Source: Magallana gigas (taxonomy: Eukaryota). From it: a stretch of 64,000 nucleotides of DNA. Numbering within the stretch: the stretch's first letter is position 1; every line of letters begins with the position of its first letter. The DNA lies in the NCBI RefSeq assembly GCF_963853765.1, contig NC_088855.1:13764001-13828000 (forward strand). The letters run 5' to 3'. This document shows positions 62,319-64,000 of the stretch, in pieces. Both the position numbers and the translations under genes were made by a program. The notes under the pieces are model-generated. The model searched no databases and was not told the DNA's origin. It saw only the letters and a list, made by a program, of their open reading frames with translations.

Positions 62319-63192
62319 CCAATGCAATAGCAGCAGCATGGACAAATACACTTGATGCAATCCAAAAGACAGCCCTTCATGCACCCACCAAAGCGGGCAG
62401 CACATTTCTCAAACATACTTGAGCAGCTACATGAACCTTCGGATGAGACTTTGACGTGAGCTAGATAACGCCAGGCAGAACTATCCAATGAGGAAATTCC
62501 ATTCAATATTCCTTGAACTTTTTGAGGGCTTACTTCAGCACCGTATTTTAGACAAATCTATGAAGACGATGTATCAGAAAGGTTGGTGGAAATTTAACGA
62601 ATGCGTTGACAAAGAATACATCCGTTCTTTTGTCAAGATAATTTCTTACATGTATTTCGGTGTCGGGGCTTAAAGCTGACATTAATTCATAAAAGCATTC
62701 GGTCGCCATATTAGTTTTGATCATTCCTCAACTGCCACTGGGGTATATATACCGGTCGAGAAAGTTACGGTCCGACAACTAATATGGCGGCAGAAGGAGA
62801 TAAAAGGGAAATAATGCGTATTTATGTCAGCTTTAACCTGTGATTCTGAACAATCTGGTAAATGATGTTACCCAATTGCAATACTGCTAAAATCGTACCA
62901 ACGATTGTAAAGTACAAACACTGCTCTGGTACGTTCTCGTTTAGCTCTGTAGTGCAGACTTTCTGGGTTGGATAACCTGAAACAGAATCTTAAAGGGCAC
63001 TAACTGGATCGTCCATGTCCGAGTACTCCAGCCAGTCTGACACCAGACTACTAATTATCAACAAGGCAGAGAATACCTGACTTGTTGTGTACCACCATAT
63101 CTTCCGTGGCTTCTTCTCTTCCTTATCGACCTTCAGGCTGCTAAGAATGGTGCTTAAGTATTCTAGACCGCTGAATCAGGTTTGTTCTGCAT
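62319..63192 (-). pseudogene. Disrupted exon of an unidentified multi-pass membrane protein with a Cys-rich tail
   Basis: Hydrophobic segments SQVFSALLIISSLVSDWLEY, CLYFTIVGTILAVLQLGNII and VFFVNAFVKFPPTFLI; tail GCMKGCLLDCIKCICPCCCYCIG followed by a GG|GTAAGT donor at 62318. Carries an in-frame TAA (62992-62990), inferred frameshifts and a MITE insertion. Confidence 0.55.
62674..62832. mobile_element. 159-bp TTAA-flanked fold-back MITE
   Basis: TTAA|AGCTGACAT...ATGTCAGCT|TTAA; internal inverted repeat CGCCATATTAGTT/AACTAATATGGCG. Confidence 0.85.
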
Positions 63193-64000
63193 GTCACATC
63201 CTCATCCCCAATTACTCCATGAAGGTCGAACACAAACAAAATTTGAAAAGTTGCAGGCAATTGTTTGTTATCAGCATCCAAAAAAGAGAGTACCTACATC
63301 TGTTCAAACAATACTTTAATTTTCTCTTTCTCTTTCTCAGTAACAATTTTGATAGAAATTGTGTTTCCGTCGAGGCTTTTTTTCTTGCTGTTAGGACTAG
63401 GAAAGTCCACACAGGTTCAACATAAAGTTTTCAATGGTAGCATAGAATGTTGTGAATGTGTCTTACTTGCTATGCATTTAAACCAAATTCTACCTAAAGA
63501 TAGATTGAAACGTTGCATAGCGATAAAACAACGTCGCAATTCGCAATTCAAGAAATCTAACTTAAATACAGATATCAGCAATAACACAAAAGGCAGAGAG
63601 CTTTCAAATAAAATTCAAAGACAAATAAAACCTGGCAATATCCGGATTCCATAATAACCTGTTGTTTAAACTTTCGATCGTCTTGATTGTTTCTAGCCTT
63701 AATGTCCTTTATCTCATATATCTCATGCATTTCCAAGCTGCAGCCATTTTCTGCTATTAGTTAGACAAGCTTCGGTAATTATGTTCTAGGTCTGCCATCT
63801 TACTCTTGTGACTAAGATCTCAAGTATCAAAAACTTGTTTTAATGCAGACACGATCTATATGCAAGATGATAATAAATATAATGCAAGAGCTCGGGTACC
63901 AGCTATAGAAGAATGTGACAAGAGATAGTATGGGTATGCCATCGAACTCTTGGGACTGAATATTTAATTCGATTTTTTTCTTTACTATATAACAGTTTAT

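Overview
AT-rich, intron-containing, repeat-dense animal genomic DNA. The repeat styles and the TLR expansion suggest a bivalve, probably an oyster (inference). Left part: a 4-exon GABARAPL2/ATG8 gene (minus, 117 aa) sits head-to-head, about 500 bp apart, with a 14-exon PRP4 kinase gene (PRPF4B, plus, 1050 aa by my splice reconstruction). Middle and right: four single-coding-exon Toll-like receptor genes on the minus strand in two subfamilies (here called A/B and C/D). A is split by a frameshift, B lacks the TIR BB-loop proline, and A and B share near-identical conversion-like tracts. C and D are separated by about 21.6 kb of repeats. This gap includes a 14.4-kb segment bounded by about 246-bp, about 98% identical terminal inverted repeats, with a 5'-truncated but open LINE RT ORF and several MITEs nested inside. 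The right end holds a decayed Sola-type transposase, TTAA-flanked MITEs, and a cryptic membrane-protein pseudo-exon that is missing from the ORF track and regains its frame when a MITE is removed. I found no CRISPR, rRNA or intact tRNA. I do not see a demonstrably new biological system; the best candidates are the atypical TLR cluster and the large unclassified TIR element.
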